DNA from: Mizuhopecten yessoensis
Taxonomy: Eukaryota
DNA: 64,000 nt
Direction: 5' to 3'
Assembly: GCF_002113885.1 (NCBI RefSeq)
Contig: NW_018405386.1
Coordinates: 604,154 to 668,153, forward strand
Below are positions 1-13,500 of the stretch, piece after piece. The notes below the pieces were generated by a model. It saw only the letters and a program-made list of their open reading frames with translations, was not told the DNA's origin and ran no database searches. Position 1 is the first letter of the stretch. Each line of letters opens with the position of its first letter. Made by a program: the position numbers and the translations under genes.

Positions 1-720
1 ATCGAAACCCCCACCTAATCATTTCAGGTACGTAGCTGCCTTTACACTGGTAACCTCAATGTTTTTGTCTGTTCTCCTACTATTCCTCCACATCTTGACC
101 TTCCCCTTTGCTTCCGTAACTTTCTCATCTTTACTGTTCTGGAAAAAGAGCACCTATCTGACCGTAGTCGCCTAGAACTCCACGGTCAGTGACTTTACAG
201 GTAGCTGAGGCTTGGTACCTGCTCTATACAGTCCCAGGCTCATTTTCATGATTGTGCACCATTGCAGTATTTCAGCATGTATTACAGTTACTAAAATACT
301 AACATCTTCTCAATTTCTTAACATCTTTCTTAATTAACATAAGGCAAAAATGAAAACACCATCATAATGTTATTTTTTCTCTTTATTCTAAATCACTCAT
401 TTACCATCATTGAAACTTTGGGCAAGTAAAGTTATCTAGTCATCTGCCCAGCTTGGAGAATGACCAAAGTGTTAAAGCTCTAACACTTGACAAGTAATAG
501 GTCATACAGAATGGACAGTCCAGGAAAACATGTATTCTGAGAATTCAGGGGTTTTGGATAATTGGAGATAAGGCGTTTCCTTGCAGTTGGTGACCTCTAC
601 GATTTGACTGGGTTGGTTGCTCCGAGATGAATATCATCCTTGGAATTCCCTGTCGACACCATGGCAAGGTTTAAGTATGGGATAAGTTTTAGCCAAGAAA
701 TTCTCTGTGGTTGACTCCTA

Positions 721-3700
721 TTATCTGAACAGGTGATTGTCAGGGTCAGGCTGCACTAAGGTGGCCTCCTGAAGGGTGGTATCTGTGTCCCTCCAACAGC
801 TACCTCGACAACTGACCACAAGTACTGTCCCAAACTCTGTCGCTGGTTCTGTAAAGCAGCAAACATCACTCAATTGAAATTTATGTTAAAGGGAGACAAC
901 TCAGTATGTGTAATCATGAATAACCGTGCAAAATAGAGTTTATCTCATAGTCCTGGATGTTTCACCAAGCCCTTTCTCAGTTACCCTAGTAATAACCCTG
1001 TTATAAACCTAAGGGGGCTACCATGAAATGTGGGATCAAAATTTTGCGATGAGCTTCTTGGAGATATATAATATCTTGGAAAATGAATTTGACAGCCCTG
1101 AGAAGCGGACTTTTCAACAAAATGAGCTTAATGCCTAGAAAATTGTAATCCATTTCAAATTTGATCAAAAGGGCAACTACCAGGTAATTTTCCTGTACAC
1201 AAGTTATTGCCCACCTGCATTAATTCTGTTGAAGTAAAATCATTTTGCAGTTTTAACAATCATATTTGCCCAGTGTATCTCACCAGTTTGCTTTCTGAAT
1301 TCTTAGAAACATGATTCTCATCATTGTTAATTTCAATGAAAACTAACGTTATTGAGAGAGTTTTTTCTAAATCTAACAGCTACAAGAATATTCATGTTGT
1401 AAATTACTAGAAGTAGACAAGGAAAGAACTCCAGAAAATAATTCCCATTATGAAGAAAGTTGACTGCTCACCTGTCGTGTCTCGAATACGGAGGAAGTTG
1501 ACCAATGCTGGCAGCAGCTGTAATTCATACATGGCTTGACCTCCACACTGACCACATGTGAGTGCTGTGGCCATCTTAGGGTCAGGCCGAGAAATGTACA
1601 GAGGATTTCCATTCCACTGATACCTATAAATACAAGACACATTTTGGAGAAAAATATTTCATGACTAGCATTATGGATAACACAGGCTAGCTCATTGAGC
1701 AATGTATAAATTCTGACTCTACCACAGAGTGATGGTACCATGCCTATTAAAACATTACTAGGGTGATTGGGCTCACACATTCAATTTATAATGATAACTT
1801 GTTACTTCAACTTCTAATTGAAATTTTTAAAGAGGGAATTTGGCAGATATTTATAAATACATTACATTGTATTTAGTTGGATTTACATTCAAGTCAGAAC
1901 ACATCAATACAATTTTATAGAAAAAAAAATCTCGGATGACATTCAATTTCTAATACAATGAAAATAAAAGGAAGCATGGAAAAGATCTGCTATCAAAATA
2001 ATGATCAATCAATAATATTCAGGTATGATAAAGTCAATATCAACGTTTTACTTCATACACCAAAAGTTTATGTATTAAACATGTCACAACATTTCAAGAT
2101 TGACTGGCCAGGGTCCCTTTGTCAAGCTTTGGCTGAGTGAGCAGGTTTGGTTGTTTACCTGTACAACGATGTGATGAAAAATGTTGATTTCATGTCAATC
2201 GACACAGGACGTTTCGCCTTTTGACAGAAATGTGTGAACAGACTATATAGAAAAGGTTACTAATAAAGTCGAAATTTATAGTATTCGACAAATTGATCAT
2301 GTACACAGAGAAAGTATAATTACACCATTATCAGATCTTCTCCGTGCTTCCTGTTACATTATATTATGTGTTATAAACTATCTACCACATCACAGATTTG
2401 GTGACATCATGTACTGTATTCGTCTGTATACCAAGAATCTGTCGCTTAGTCAAATATTCGCCTTTCACTATTAAAATAAATATTCACCCATAGTTAATTT
2501 CCCCCTTACATGTGTAATTACAGTACTATATAGGCTATGCTGTGTACTTATATTTGTTATCATGATAAATTTGCCCCCCCCCCCCCCTTGCGGAAGGTGA
2601 AAATGACGAAAATTAAAGAGCGGCAAAAAATTCCTGGTATACAGTAATAGGATACTTCTGACAGAGCTATTTGAACAAATTCTGAAGAAGGATGTACATT
2701 GTATACATGTCCAAAACTCAAGAATATTCAGAGATTTTTATACAATTTTATCAATACATTAAAACTCCTGTAAACATTGATCAAAAAAATTAATTTCAAA
2801 TTCTGTTTTCTTCAGTCTTCTTATAAAGAGCAAGAGGCCGAACGCAGAAGAAAAATCCTGTTTCTGCACAGAGCCGTACATAAATGACCTCATATGATCA
2901 TGCAGTGGAGTACAGCAGGTCTATACTGGGACAAGCACAGGAAAGGGTGGGTGGACAGAGGATCACTGAAAAATGTTAAATGTAAAAAATATCTACTGAC
3001 TTACCGTATACATTGCTGTGGACAGGCGGCTATCCTCTTGGTGAATTTGTAGAAATATTTATCGCCATGGACGACATGATCCTCCTCGTATGTTTCACCC
3101 CCTCCCTTGGACCTGCAAATTAGAGCACTGATTACTTAAATGATGTTTAAATGAATACAAGAAGCAGATACAGAAAAAAAGGTTGCTAAAAGTAAAACTA
3201 CAGCAAATATTCCTATTTATGACTAACTTATGGAGAGTAATATAATCAAATGCTGAAACTGTAATTATTGAATCTTAAAAACAGGGAAGTGGTAGTTATA
3301 TTAGCTTCAAAGTGAAATGGCTTATCATTATCTCCCAGTTCCCAAATATGTAGCCGATAAAAACCAGAAAATTACAGACTGAGAATTTGATTGCCAGTTG
3401 GCCATGTTGTTTATCCGATCAGTCTCAAAAGTTGCTATGCACAACTAAGGACCAAGGGGAACCTACATATAAAATTTGAGAAAGATCCCTTTGGTGCTTC
3501 CTGAGAAATAGCGATAACAAGAATTGTTTAAGGACAGACGGAAAATGGACGCAGGGCGATTTGAATAGCCCATCATCTGATGGTGGGCTAAAAAGAAGCT
3601 TTTTGACAATTTAACACCTACCTTCCCTTCTCTGCAGGTAATGGATCAAAGTCCCCACGTTCCTTTTGCCGATAATTTCGGATAAGGTCCTGTATATGAC

Positions 3701-6700
3701 TAGTACTTTCCTCCACATTTTCTGGTTCGTAAAATACACTGATATAATAGGATTCAAATATTTGTCCTTCATTGCCATGGCAACTCTCTACAGCACTGGT
3801 TTGACCTTGACCTTTGCTATTTTGATTTGGTGCTTTCCTTACTAATAAGTTCATCATTTCTTTAACACCTTCTTCCGTAACTTTCAAAGTGACACTGTCT
3901 GTATCCATGACAATATTTGAATCAGATTTTTCGGAATCACTGTCATCAAAATCGTGAACATTTAATTGTGCCATTTCTCCTTGGAGATCATTAGATCCTC
4001 CTGTTGATAACAGCTCTTCCTGATCTTGACTGAGGCTAGAATTACAGGACATTTCCGATAAATTTACATTTCCTACTGCACTTGATCCTACCACCACATC
4101 TGTCCAACTTGTCCCAAGGTCATGCCCTGTATTGACATCTGACCTCTCACCCTTGACTTCAGTCTTACTCATGGTGTTCCCTGCCAGGAAATTATCACTC
4201 CCTGACCCAAAGTCATCAGTTCCAGTCTCCCAATCATCTGCATCCACTCCCCAGTCGTCAGCAGCCACACCCCAATCTTCCGACGTAGCACTTGGTTTTA
4301 CTTTCTCTGGCTTTTTCGCCTTGGTAACAAAACTCTCATCCAACTTCTGAGATCTTACAGTTGTCCAACTAAAATTTATAGAATTTAAAAGTTGCATAAA
4401 TTCCTTTGCTACCTTTGCATCATTATCACTTATACAACTACTGTACATCCGTATCTGTCTAATGAAGAAGTCCTTATATAAATACCTTTACAATATATAT
4501 CATTTATGTGTTAAAGGATCACTGTCTCTCTGCAGGCAAAACATCAGAGAATTCCAGTGTAGTTTTTCATACATACACTAACCTGTCTTTAAATTCATTT
4601 TGGCAGCAGTACCAGGATTCTTAAGTGAAAAAATGACCTTTTGAGCAAAATCAATACCTATGAAATATGTGCTTTGACATGATTTGTTTTAAGTAGAAGA
4701 TGTCATTTTGAGTTCAATTATCTTCTGTTGTAAGCTTCAGATGCCAGACTTTCACATGGTTATTGTCTGGCATACAAGTTCCATTAAAAATTAAATGGTT
4801 GAAAAGAAATAAAGATGGTAAAGTTTCTTTTCAAACATAGCATTGATTGCAGTAGATGAAATTTTGTTCTAAGCCGATGCTTCCTCGGTACACCTGCTAC
4901 CCCAGATTTAGAGTCAATGCCTACCTGTCTGGTTTTCCCCAGCATGTCTTGTAGTGACAGGAAAACAGATAGAGGGTTCGGTGGTATTGGGAACCCTCTA
5001 ATGGACAGTATAGTTGAACAGCAAGGGACATAAATCTCCCACAGCACCGACATGTTGGTATTTTACTTCCAGGAACAACCCAATCCTGTAACGAGAGACA
5101 TGGACAGTTTTAACAAAGTAAATGTTATAATTGAATAGAAATTTTCCTAGAAATATTAAAAACTTTGTCACAGGTCTGCAATTTTTTTAAATTACATATA
5201 AATTAACATTAAGACACAATTTGATATCAGGACATACAAATCAGTAGGAAGTACACTGGGGGTAGTTATCATGTCTGTAAAATTTCGCTGAAATCGTCCC
5301 AGTACTTGAGGAAGTGTTTCCTGATAAGGATTTTTCAACAAAGTGCAATAACTCCATGAAAAGAGTCTGAATGAAAAAATACTACCTAGATGCACAATGT
5401 CATGGTGGTTCCCTATCTGTAAACTTTCGTTCGGAATGGACCCAGTAGTTTAGGGGAAACTTCCAGACAAGGATTTTTCAACAAAGCGGCATAACTCCAT
5501 AGAAAGTGCCTAGCCTTGATTTGAGCTCTTATCAGACAGATCCATGGTCAGGTACCGGACAGGTATAACTATGAGTTTGATGTAAACCTGTCAAACGTTG
5601 TACCGCCCAACTCTCTCCAGCCATTCCTCTCCAGGTCTCAGGAGTCAGCACCTAGTTAATAGCTGTTGTTAATGATAGTTATAATAGTGACAGACCTGAC
5701 AGATCACAGGGATTTGACCACATGCAGGTGCTGGAGACCCTGATATAATGTGTATAAACACATCATAGCAGTGTGTCAAATACTATATGATTTATAGCTG
5801 CGATAAAGTAACTGTTTGACGACGAGAGAATTTTTGCGTCACACATCATCATCATCTTCCTGGACAGAAATTAACTTCATGTGGAGTNTCCTGATCGATT
5901 GGTTTAAATCTAACGGAATGCAAGCCAACCCAGATAAGTTTCAGGCAATTTATTTTGGAAAAAATCAAAATGATTTAACAAATTTTGAAATTGAAGGAGT
6001 AAAAATTGACTGTGAAGAAAATGTAAAGCTACTTGGAGTAAATATAGATTCAAAATTAAATTTTAACCAACACATCTCAGAGCTATGTAGAAAAGCCTCA
6101 AAACAGTTGGCGGTACTCAAGCGAATTGGAAACTCCTTACCAAAAAATGTAAAAATGTTAATTCTCAAATCCTTTGTAATGTCAAACTTTAATTTTTGTC
6201 CTGTTATTTGGCACTTTTGTAATAAATCTAGCACAAACAAGATGGAAAAAATCCAGGAGAGAGGACTACGTTTTGTACTAAATGATTATATCTCAGATTA
6301 CAAGGATATTTTATCGAGCACAGACTCATATTATTTACATATTACTCGCATGAAACTCATTGCTTGCAAAGTTTTTAAAATTGTTAATAAGTTATCTCCT
6401 GACTACCTACAAGAAATAATAAATATAAAATGTTCATCTTATTCATTTAGGAATGAAAATACAGCACAGCTTCCAAGGGTCAACACCACCAGGTATGGAA
6501 AGAGGTCCTCCCGCTATGAGGGCGCCCGCATATGGAACAGCCTGCCGAACGAATTGCGTAAAGTGGAGAACTACTCCGAGTTCGGCAGACTGATATGTAG
6601 GTGGGACGGGCTAGAGTGCGGATGCACTTTATGTGTTGGTTAGCGTTTCTGGCTACCTATTTTTCCTGCTTTGTATGTGTCCTGTGCTGGCTGAAGTGTA

Positions 6701-7366
6701 TTGTTTAAAATGTAACGTACAGCTTTACATATGGCTCTGTGCTTTTTGTCAGCTTTGTAGTTTACAATTTGATTCTTTTGTCATATGTTTATTTTCTGCA
6801 AATGTGCTGTACATGCTTTATATGCTTCATATTTTTACTGTTTAACGTTTCAATATGTATGTGTATTTTGTAAAAATTTCTTGTTATGTATTTTGTTCTT
6901 TACATGTGTTTGTCAAAATACAAGCTCTTCGTAGCTTATGTTGTATGTTTATAATATTCGACGTAAAATAAAGCTTCTGTATCTGTATCTGTGTGTTATT
7001 CCAGCGAATCATATCAGTGTGTCAAACACATGTGGATTTGACCACAGGTACTAACCTCGTCTGTCAATACAAGTTTATATTATGGGTATACTGACAGACG
7101 AGGCTAGTACCTGTGGTTCATGTGGGTTCGTTACAAATGTCTAATATGTCTAATTTATACACTTGTAACGAACCCCTGTGTGTGGTTCAAAGTTGTGGAT
7201 ATTGAAATGTCACGTCCTTATCTGGTCCTGCATTATTCGGGTTAAACACTAATTACATCAAAAACGTTTCATAAAAACTTACTGGGAGTCCTCCTATTTT
7301 GTTTGTGGTGAAATCTGATGATCTGTCACCAACTTTCTCGTCTGGAACACCAAGTAAAATTGACAT
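721..7366 (-). CDS. PDCD2L: Programmed cell death protein 2-like (PDCD2L/TSR4 family, 40S biogenesis factor), 6 coding exons, ~459 aa
   Basis: Exons 7283-7366 (MSILLGVPDEK...NKIGGLP), 4925-5085 (DW...CRCC...QLYCPLEGSQYHRTLYLFSC...CWG), 3622-4368 (SWTTVRSQ...DWGVAADDWG...), 3005-3112 (ETYEE...HGDKYFYKFTKRIAACPQQCIR), 1472-1623 (YQWNGNPL...CGQCGGQAMYELQLLPALV), 721-848 (EFGTVLVVSCRGSCW...QPDPD, TAA). All introns GT-AG with consistent phases; motifs match the PDCD2_C family. AATAAA on - strand at 382-387. Confidence 0.92.
5889..6991 (+). mobile_element. 5'-truncated non-LTR retrotransposon (CR1/L2-group LINE): end of reverse transcriptase ORF plus 3' UTR
   Basis: ORF with WF..NGMQANPDKFQ, VKLLGVNIDSKLNFNQHI, FCPVIWHFC, GARIWNSLP motifs to stop at 6643; 3' end AATAAA plus (CTGTAT)n tail. 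Lies in PDCD2L intron 1; N at 5888. Confidence 0.88.
7041..7175. repeat. Two adjacent hairpins (inverted repeats)
   Basis: ACCACAGGTACTAACCTCGTCTGTCAATAC...GTATACTGACAGACGAGGCTAGTACCTGTGGT (7041-7117) and GGGTTCGTTACAA...TTGTAACGAACCC (~7124-7175). Confidence 0.75.
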
Positions 7367-7557
7367 CCTTACATCCCACGTGAGTTTTAGAGACGTGCCA
7401 GATTATTATCCAATCAGAAAACAAACACATATGTTCGTCTTCTATATTGACCAATCATTGATCACGATATATTCATTCCGGCGAATTTATTATTTACTTC
7501 CGCAAGGTGCACGTTCGGTGAAGATGTGAGATGTAAATGAAAAAAGAACTTCGAAGT
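7367..7557. promoter_or_regulatory. Compact bidirectional promoter shared by PDCD2L and MLST8
   Basis: Divergent start codons 191 bp apart; CCAAT boxes at 7410 and 7451, E-box CACGTG at 7377-7382, ETS-like ACTTCCG at 7496; no obvious TATA box. Confidence 0.75.
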
Positions 7558-10500
7558 ATGAGTGGGTCTAACGGTAACACTGATCCTGTGATCTTGGCCA
7601 CTGCTGGATATGATCACACGATTAGGTTCTGGCAGGCCCACAGTGGGATCTGCTACCGAACTGTACAGCATCCAGACTCTGTATCCTTTTAGTTTTAGTG
7701 TTGATGAAATTACTTCATATCAAGTTGACCAGTCATAGTTAATTTTTCAGTCAGTATAGTCTAGCTGTGTTTTAACGAAATTTACAAAGTAACTTTTCTG
7801 TTTTAAAAGGTGTTATCATGAAGAATAATGTGCATTTCATAGTACATAATAAGCTTCAATCATTAGATACTTAAAATGTGGTTATAAATTGACCCCAAAA
7901 TGACAGATATGTGAACTTGTGTATGTTTTGACCTTTCAATTTTCAGGGAGTGTGTTATTTGACTCATGCAATTGCTAAATGACAAGTGTTAACTGAAAAC
8001 CCTGTATGCATAATACATGCAACGTAACTGAATGATGATATTAGGGAAACAATCATCTTCTTTTTACAAATAAGATTGTGTTCTGACTACGATAAGATTA
8101 CAACACAATTAATCATATATTTGTTATTAACTGAAACAAAGTTTAAATAGACTTAACTGACCTTATGAATATTGCTAGAACAAATAAGACAATTATTCCT
8201 GTGCTTGATAAATTTTCTATGTAAAATTATAAGCTTTAACAGTTTCCAGCAGGTCAATGCATTGGCAATAACACCAGATAAACAGCTAATAGCTGCTGCA
8301 GGTAAATAACATTTTGTTGTAAAGCTATTAAAATGTGTTACTTATATTTAACTTGTATATATATAATTTTAAAATGAAAATACTGGTAAAAACATATTTT
8401 TTAACATGTGTAGTTCCATTTCATTTTGTTATCATCACAGTAAGTGTCCTGTATATATGAGATAAATATATAATGCATGTCATGCATACAAAGTAAGTAC
8501 TGTAAGTTATATTTTAGTGAAATAATATTTTTTTGCATTACAGGATATCAGCACATACGTATGTATGATCTTAACTCTAACAATCCAAATCCTGTCATCA
8601 ACTACGAGGGTATTTCCAAAAACATCACAGGTGTGGGATTTCAGGAGGAGGGCAAGTGGATGTACACTGGCGGAGAGGATAATAACGTCCGAATCTGGGA
8701 CCTCAGGTAAAACATTGATCATACCTGTAAAGGTAATATTATTCCATTCAATATACCCGGTAAACATCAATACCTGTCAGTGTCTCTTATGGACCAGCGT
8801 TAGATGTATCCTTTTAAACTGGTGATTTAATTGCTTTCAATATGAAAAGAAGACAAAATTTTCATATTTTTGGGGTCTTCTGCATTTTTTCATTTCTGCT
8901 TCAAAAAAGCTATAGATAGTATTTTTTATTAACCCCCATATTTATAACTTTTTAAAGCATAGAACTTTGGAAGGGATCCCACTAAATCCATTTTGACTTT
9001 ACAAACACCCTGTTTAATTTGAAAAGGACTCCATTTATGACACAACCAGCGCTAATACTGATATGATTAGAAATGGTGTAACTGCAAACAGTGTAAACAT
9101 TTACACCTGGAAATTACCTTTTATAACATCAGGTGAATATTGGCACCTGTCATTACACCAGGTATCAAACATATAATGTGCAAACCCTTCCAATATAGTG
9201 TGTCTGGGTGCGACGAATCACCGAAACGGACCGAATCGGAACCGAAACGGACNGCCACAAGTATTTTTTATGCTGTGATAAGTATGGATTGCTCATTTAA
9301 ATGGACAACTTTATCAATATTTTAAGCATTTAATAAATTGAAAATAATATCAAAATGAGCCAAGAAATCCAACGGAGAAAAAATTAATAAAAGGGGGAAA
9401 TTAACGTAACGTATAAAAAAATGCGATGTCTCGTCACTGCATTATGATATAATTGCCTTTCTAATGTATGAAGATCTAGTCATGTGCTTGTATTTATATA
9501 ACATAGATACATGCATTATTGTATGTATTTGGCATATATAATATACACAATATATAGGCCTACACGACAAATAAAGAAACACAGCTCAAATTTACCAAAA
9601 AAAAACACATTTACAATTTCGTTTCGGTTCCGATCGGGGTCCGTTTTGTTCACACACAATCTAAACTGTATTGAATTCCCTTAAAATAGCTTATGGTTTC
9701 CATTTCGACTCCGTTTCGTTTTAGTTTCGGTCCGTTTCGGTTCCGTTTCGGTGATTCGTCGCACCGGTGTATATCAGGACATTTTACTACAGTTTAACTC
9801 TTTCCTTTACACACTCCATAATGAGGGCAAGTCTACTTACCTTGACAGTAAATGTAAATACACACCATATTATCCATTGTCATTACTTATGAAAGGCAAA
9901 AAAATCATTCAGGGCAACTTTGGAATTTACCAGTTAGGGTGGAAGTTTGACTGGGCAAAAGTTGGCCGGTATACAATATCAGTTGAATATTTATCTATGT
10001 TAATATCTCAGGTATACATTTTACAACCACTAGTACCAGGTAAAAAGAAAATCGTTGATACCTGTCACTACCTGAGAAAATCATTGATACCTGTCACTAC
10101 AAAAATCATTCACATCAAATGGTACTTAAGGTAAAACATTTCAGTTCCTTGCAGTCGGGTAAAGTTTAATACCAGTCAGCATTAATTAAACCAATATCTT
10201 AGGAAAACATTTATACGTGACAATACTATTACTACAGATATCTCTGATTTTGTATTCTGTTCAGATCCAGAAATCAACAATGCCAAAGACTGTTCCAAGT
10301 GAATGCCCCAATCAACTGTGTCTGTCTCCACCCCAATCAGGTAAGTATAAGATAGATAATGAAAACCAAGAAATGATATTTTATCAGAGATAGGTACCGA
10401 TGTACAAAATTGACAGAATACAATGATGTATACAGTTAGTAAATTGTTTTGGAACATTGAAAAATCGTTTATAGATTTGATTAAAAACATTCATTTTATT

Positions 10501-13500
10501 TACTACAGTAATTTGCATAAATATTTTATCATTGACCGATTCTTTGGAGTTCATGAAATGTAGGTCAGTTCGAAATATATTTTTGCTTGACTGACTTTTA
10601 TAAGACTTTGCTTTAAGCTTCATTTCTTTGGTTAGATTTGCTTTAAGCTCTATTTCCAGCAAAAGAGGGGAGTGGGGCATTTGTGTATTACAGACATCTT
10701 CTAGTGGCAGAATCAAATTTTAGCTTTGAAAATGGCTCAGAACACTAACCAGTTTTAGTCTGATTCTCTCGTCAATCCAATGTTAAATACTGTCCAAAAA
10801 GTTTAATTACGCTATGCTTACTTTCTATTGCACTCTAAAACTTTTATGTAGATATGGAGTAATAAAAATACCTAGAAGTAGTTCAATTACTGATGTGCTC
10901 CTTGATTAACTAGCCTAGTCCTAACAATTGCATATTGTTTTTAAGGGAGAACTTTTCATCGGAGACCAGAGTGGATCCATCCATATATGGGATTTGAAGA
11001 CAAACAACAATGAACAGCTGGTAAGTAGTCAGTGAGGTGTATTGCAATGGATTAGTCCTTTGTGACTGTCAATGTAAAGCTCTTATGTTATCTCAAAAGA
11101 TAACCATTGCCCTGTATTCCTCATCATCGGTAACCCTCGATAGTCTCGTTCTGTACCCTCACTTATTCGAGCTTGGTTTGGTTTGGTTTTATTGCGTTTA
11201 GCATCCTATTAACAGCTAAGGGCTTTTAAGGATGTATCTCCATTTATGTGTTTGTGCTGGAGGGGTATGATGGTGTAGTTCCTCCTTTCGTACTTAATTT
11301 ATGAGTGCATGCCGGAGGAAAGGTACGTTGATGAATTTTCCTCAATGCAATAGCGCGGTTTTTATGCTGACTTCAGGGACTACCTCACTGAAATACCATA
11401 CCGAAGGCACCTTGCACAGTTTTCCACCCATTCACATTACACTGCCAACAAGTCAACTCAGATGTTGTAACTACCCTAAATGCTGAAGGTTTAGTGGAGA
11501 TTAACAACTTCCAGTTTTAAGGACTTGGTATGTCTCAGCCTGGACGCTGGACTCGCTGCCTCCCCCTCCTCGGTAAACACTCAACACCTTGGCCAAAAAT
11601 GAGGTTTTTGCCAAGCAAGGCACTAGGAAACAAAAGGTTGTTAGAATGTGAAAAGAAAATGTAAAGATCCCAAAAGTTGCAGTGGGTACAGCAGATTTAT
11701 TTTGGTCGCTTTTGTTATAGAGGTCACAAAAGCATATTCCAGATCTTGTGGGGGTCCCACCTTAGTCGCCTCTTACAACATGCAGTGGGCAACAGCAGGT
11801 ATATTCTTTTCTCGCACCTCAGACAGAGATATCCCACGTCATACTTCATGCTAGATTTTTCTATCGGACTACGTTTTTACACGGAAGCATTCAAATGTAG
11901 CTTAAGTAGTGAAAAGGTCATCGTCATTTGAGGCTCAAGGTGGGATGCTTTTAGTTTTTTGCAAATCTGAATAGTTTTTTTCGAAATAAAAGTTGCGAGA
12001 ATATAAATCTATTACCTGTAACTTAGCGAGATCGGGTTATCTCAGTCTCGGGCTAAGATTCTTCAACATCCCAACCTTGGCGTCTTAACCCTCGACAGAG
12101 ATAACCCGATCTCGCTCAGTTACAGGTCATAGATTTTATTATTCTCAGTCCCTGACTTACTCAAGCTATAGATAATCAAACATTGGAAACCAACAAAGTT
12201 TATTCCCGGCTATTTGTTGTAACAGATACCAGAACCAGACGCCTCCATCCAGTCTATCAGTATTGACCCAATGGGAACGATGATGGCTGCTGTCAATAAC
12301 AAGGTGAGGCTAAATTCTATAAAAAAAAAAAAGTTGTATAGAAATTCAAAAGTCATACATCTTACATGGCAAGTTTAGTAATTTTATGCTGTCCTCAATA
12401 ACATCTGTATCTGTATCTGTATATATACTGGAAATTAGCTCACTCCAGGGTTAGTGAGTTTGCTATATCAATCTTAGTCAATTTTGGTCACAATAGTGGC
12501 CTTAAATTGTTCCGTTGTTTTACAGTTGATTATGTGCGATGGTAGTGCATTCCAGTCTTTTATGGTAGAAGGTACAAATGAGTTTTTATATACATGTATG
12601 TCGGTGTTACAACTAAGCACTTTGATGGATTTACTGTGCTGTTTTCTGGTATTAAACCTGATTAGCAAGTCGGCGGGTATGGCCAGGAGGCCGTGAACTA
12701 TTTTGTAGAGTAACACTAAACGCTGGTCTTGCCATTTAAGTTCCTCCATCATTTTGGATACGCTTCTGTATCTGCTGTAATCATTGCACACAAAGCGGCA
12801 GCACGTCGCTGTATCCCTTCTAGACGGTCTATGTCCTTTTTCTGGTAAGAATCCCATACAACAGAAGCATAGTCGAATATAGATCTGACCAGTGAGATAT
12901 AATGATGATATTTGGGCAAAGGTTTTCATTTGAGTTTATAGAGAAGCAGAAAAAAAGTACTTTAGTTCATCACAATTTACTGAAAAAGTGTAGTATAAGT
13001 AGCGGATCTGGATTCGGGATCAAGACCATATATCATTTAATAAGTATAATTTGAATGGCAGATCCGACCCAAGTTGATCGTAAACGTGTAATTCTATAGC
13101 AAATTTTGGCTATTTAGTGAGTGGCGGTTTGGTGAGATGGATGGATAAGTTTGTTTAAATATGACATATTATAAAAAAAAAATCAAAATTCTTCATGCTA
13201 ATAATTGTTGAGATACTTAATTTTGAAAATTTCTACAGTGTAAAGTTCGTCTCTGATATTGTGTTGGTCTTATTGCATCATTGTGGGAGAATCGTGTTGT
13301 TTTTTTTGGATGAAGAAATGTTAAACTAAATAAGTATAGTATTTCATTATCAACTTAAAAAAATAAATTTAGAAACATCACCTCACAGCAGTGATTTCCA
13401 AACCCATACATTTTCCCTTCTTTTCTTTTGTTACAATAAACTAAAACTAAGACAAGAAATCAGGGCTAAACTAAAAATAGGACAGGGAGAGAGGATTATG

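Noticed and set aside
5816-5888. N-terminus of the 275-aa ORF
   Set aside because: Spans an N and a (CAT)n run; LINE similarity starts only after 5888, so this is probably a join or truncation point.
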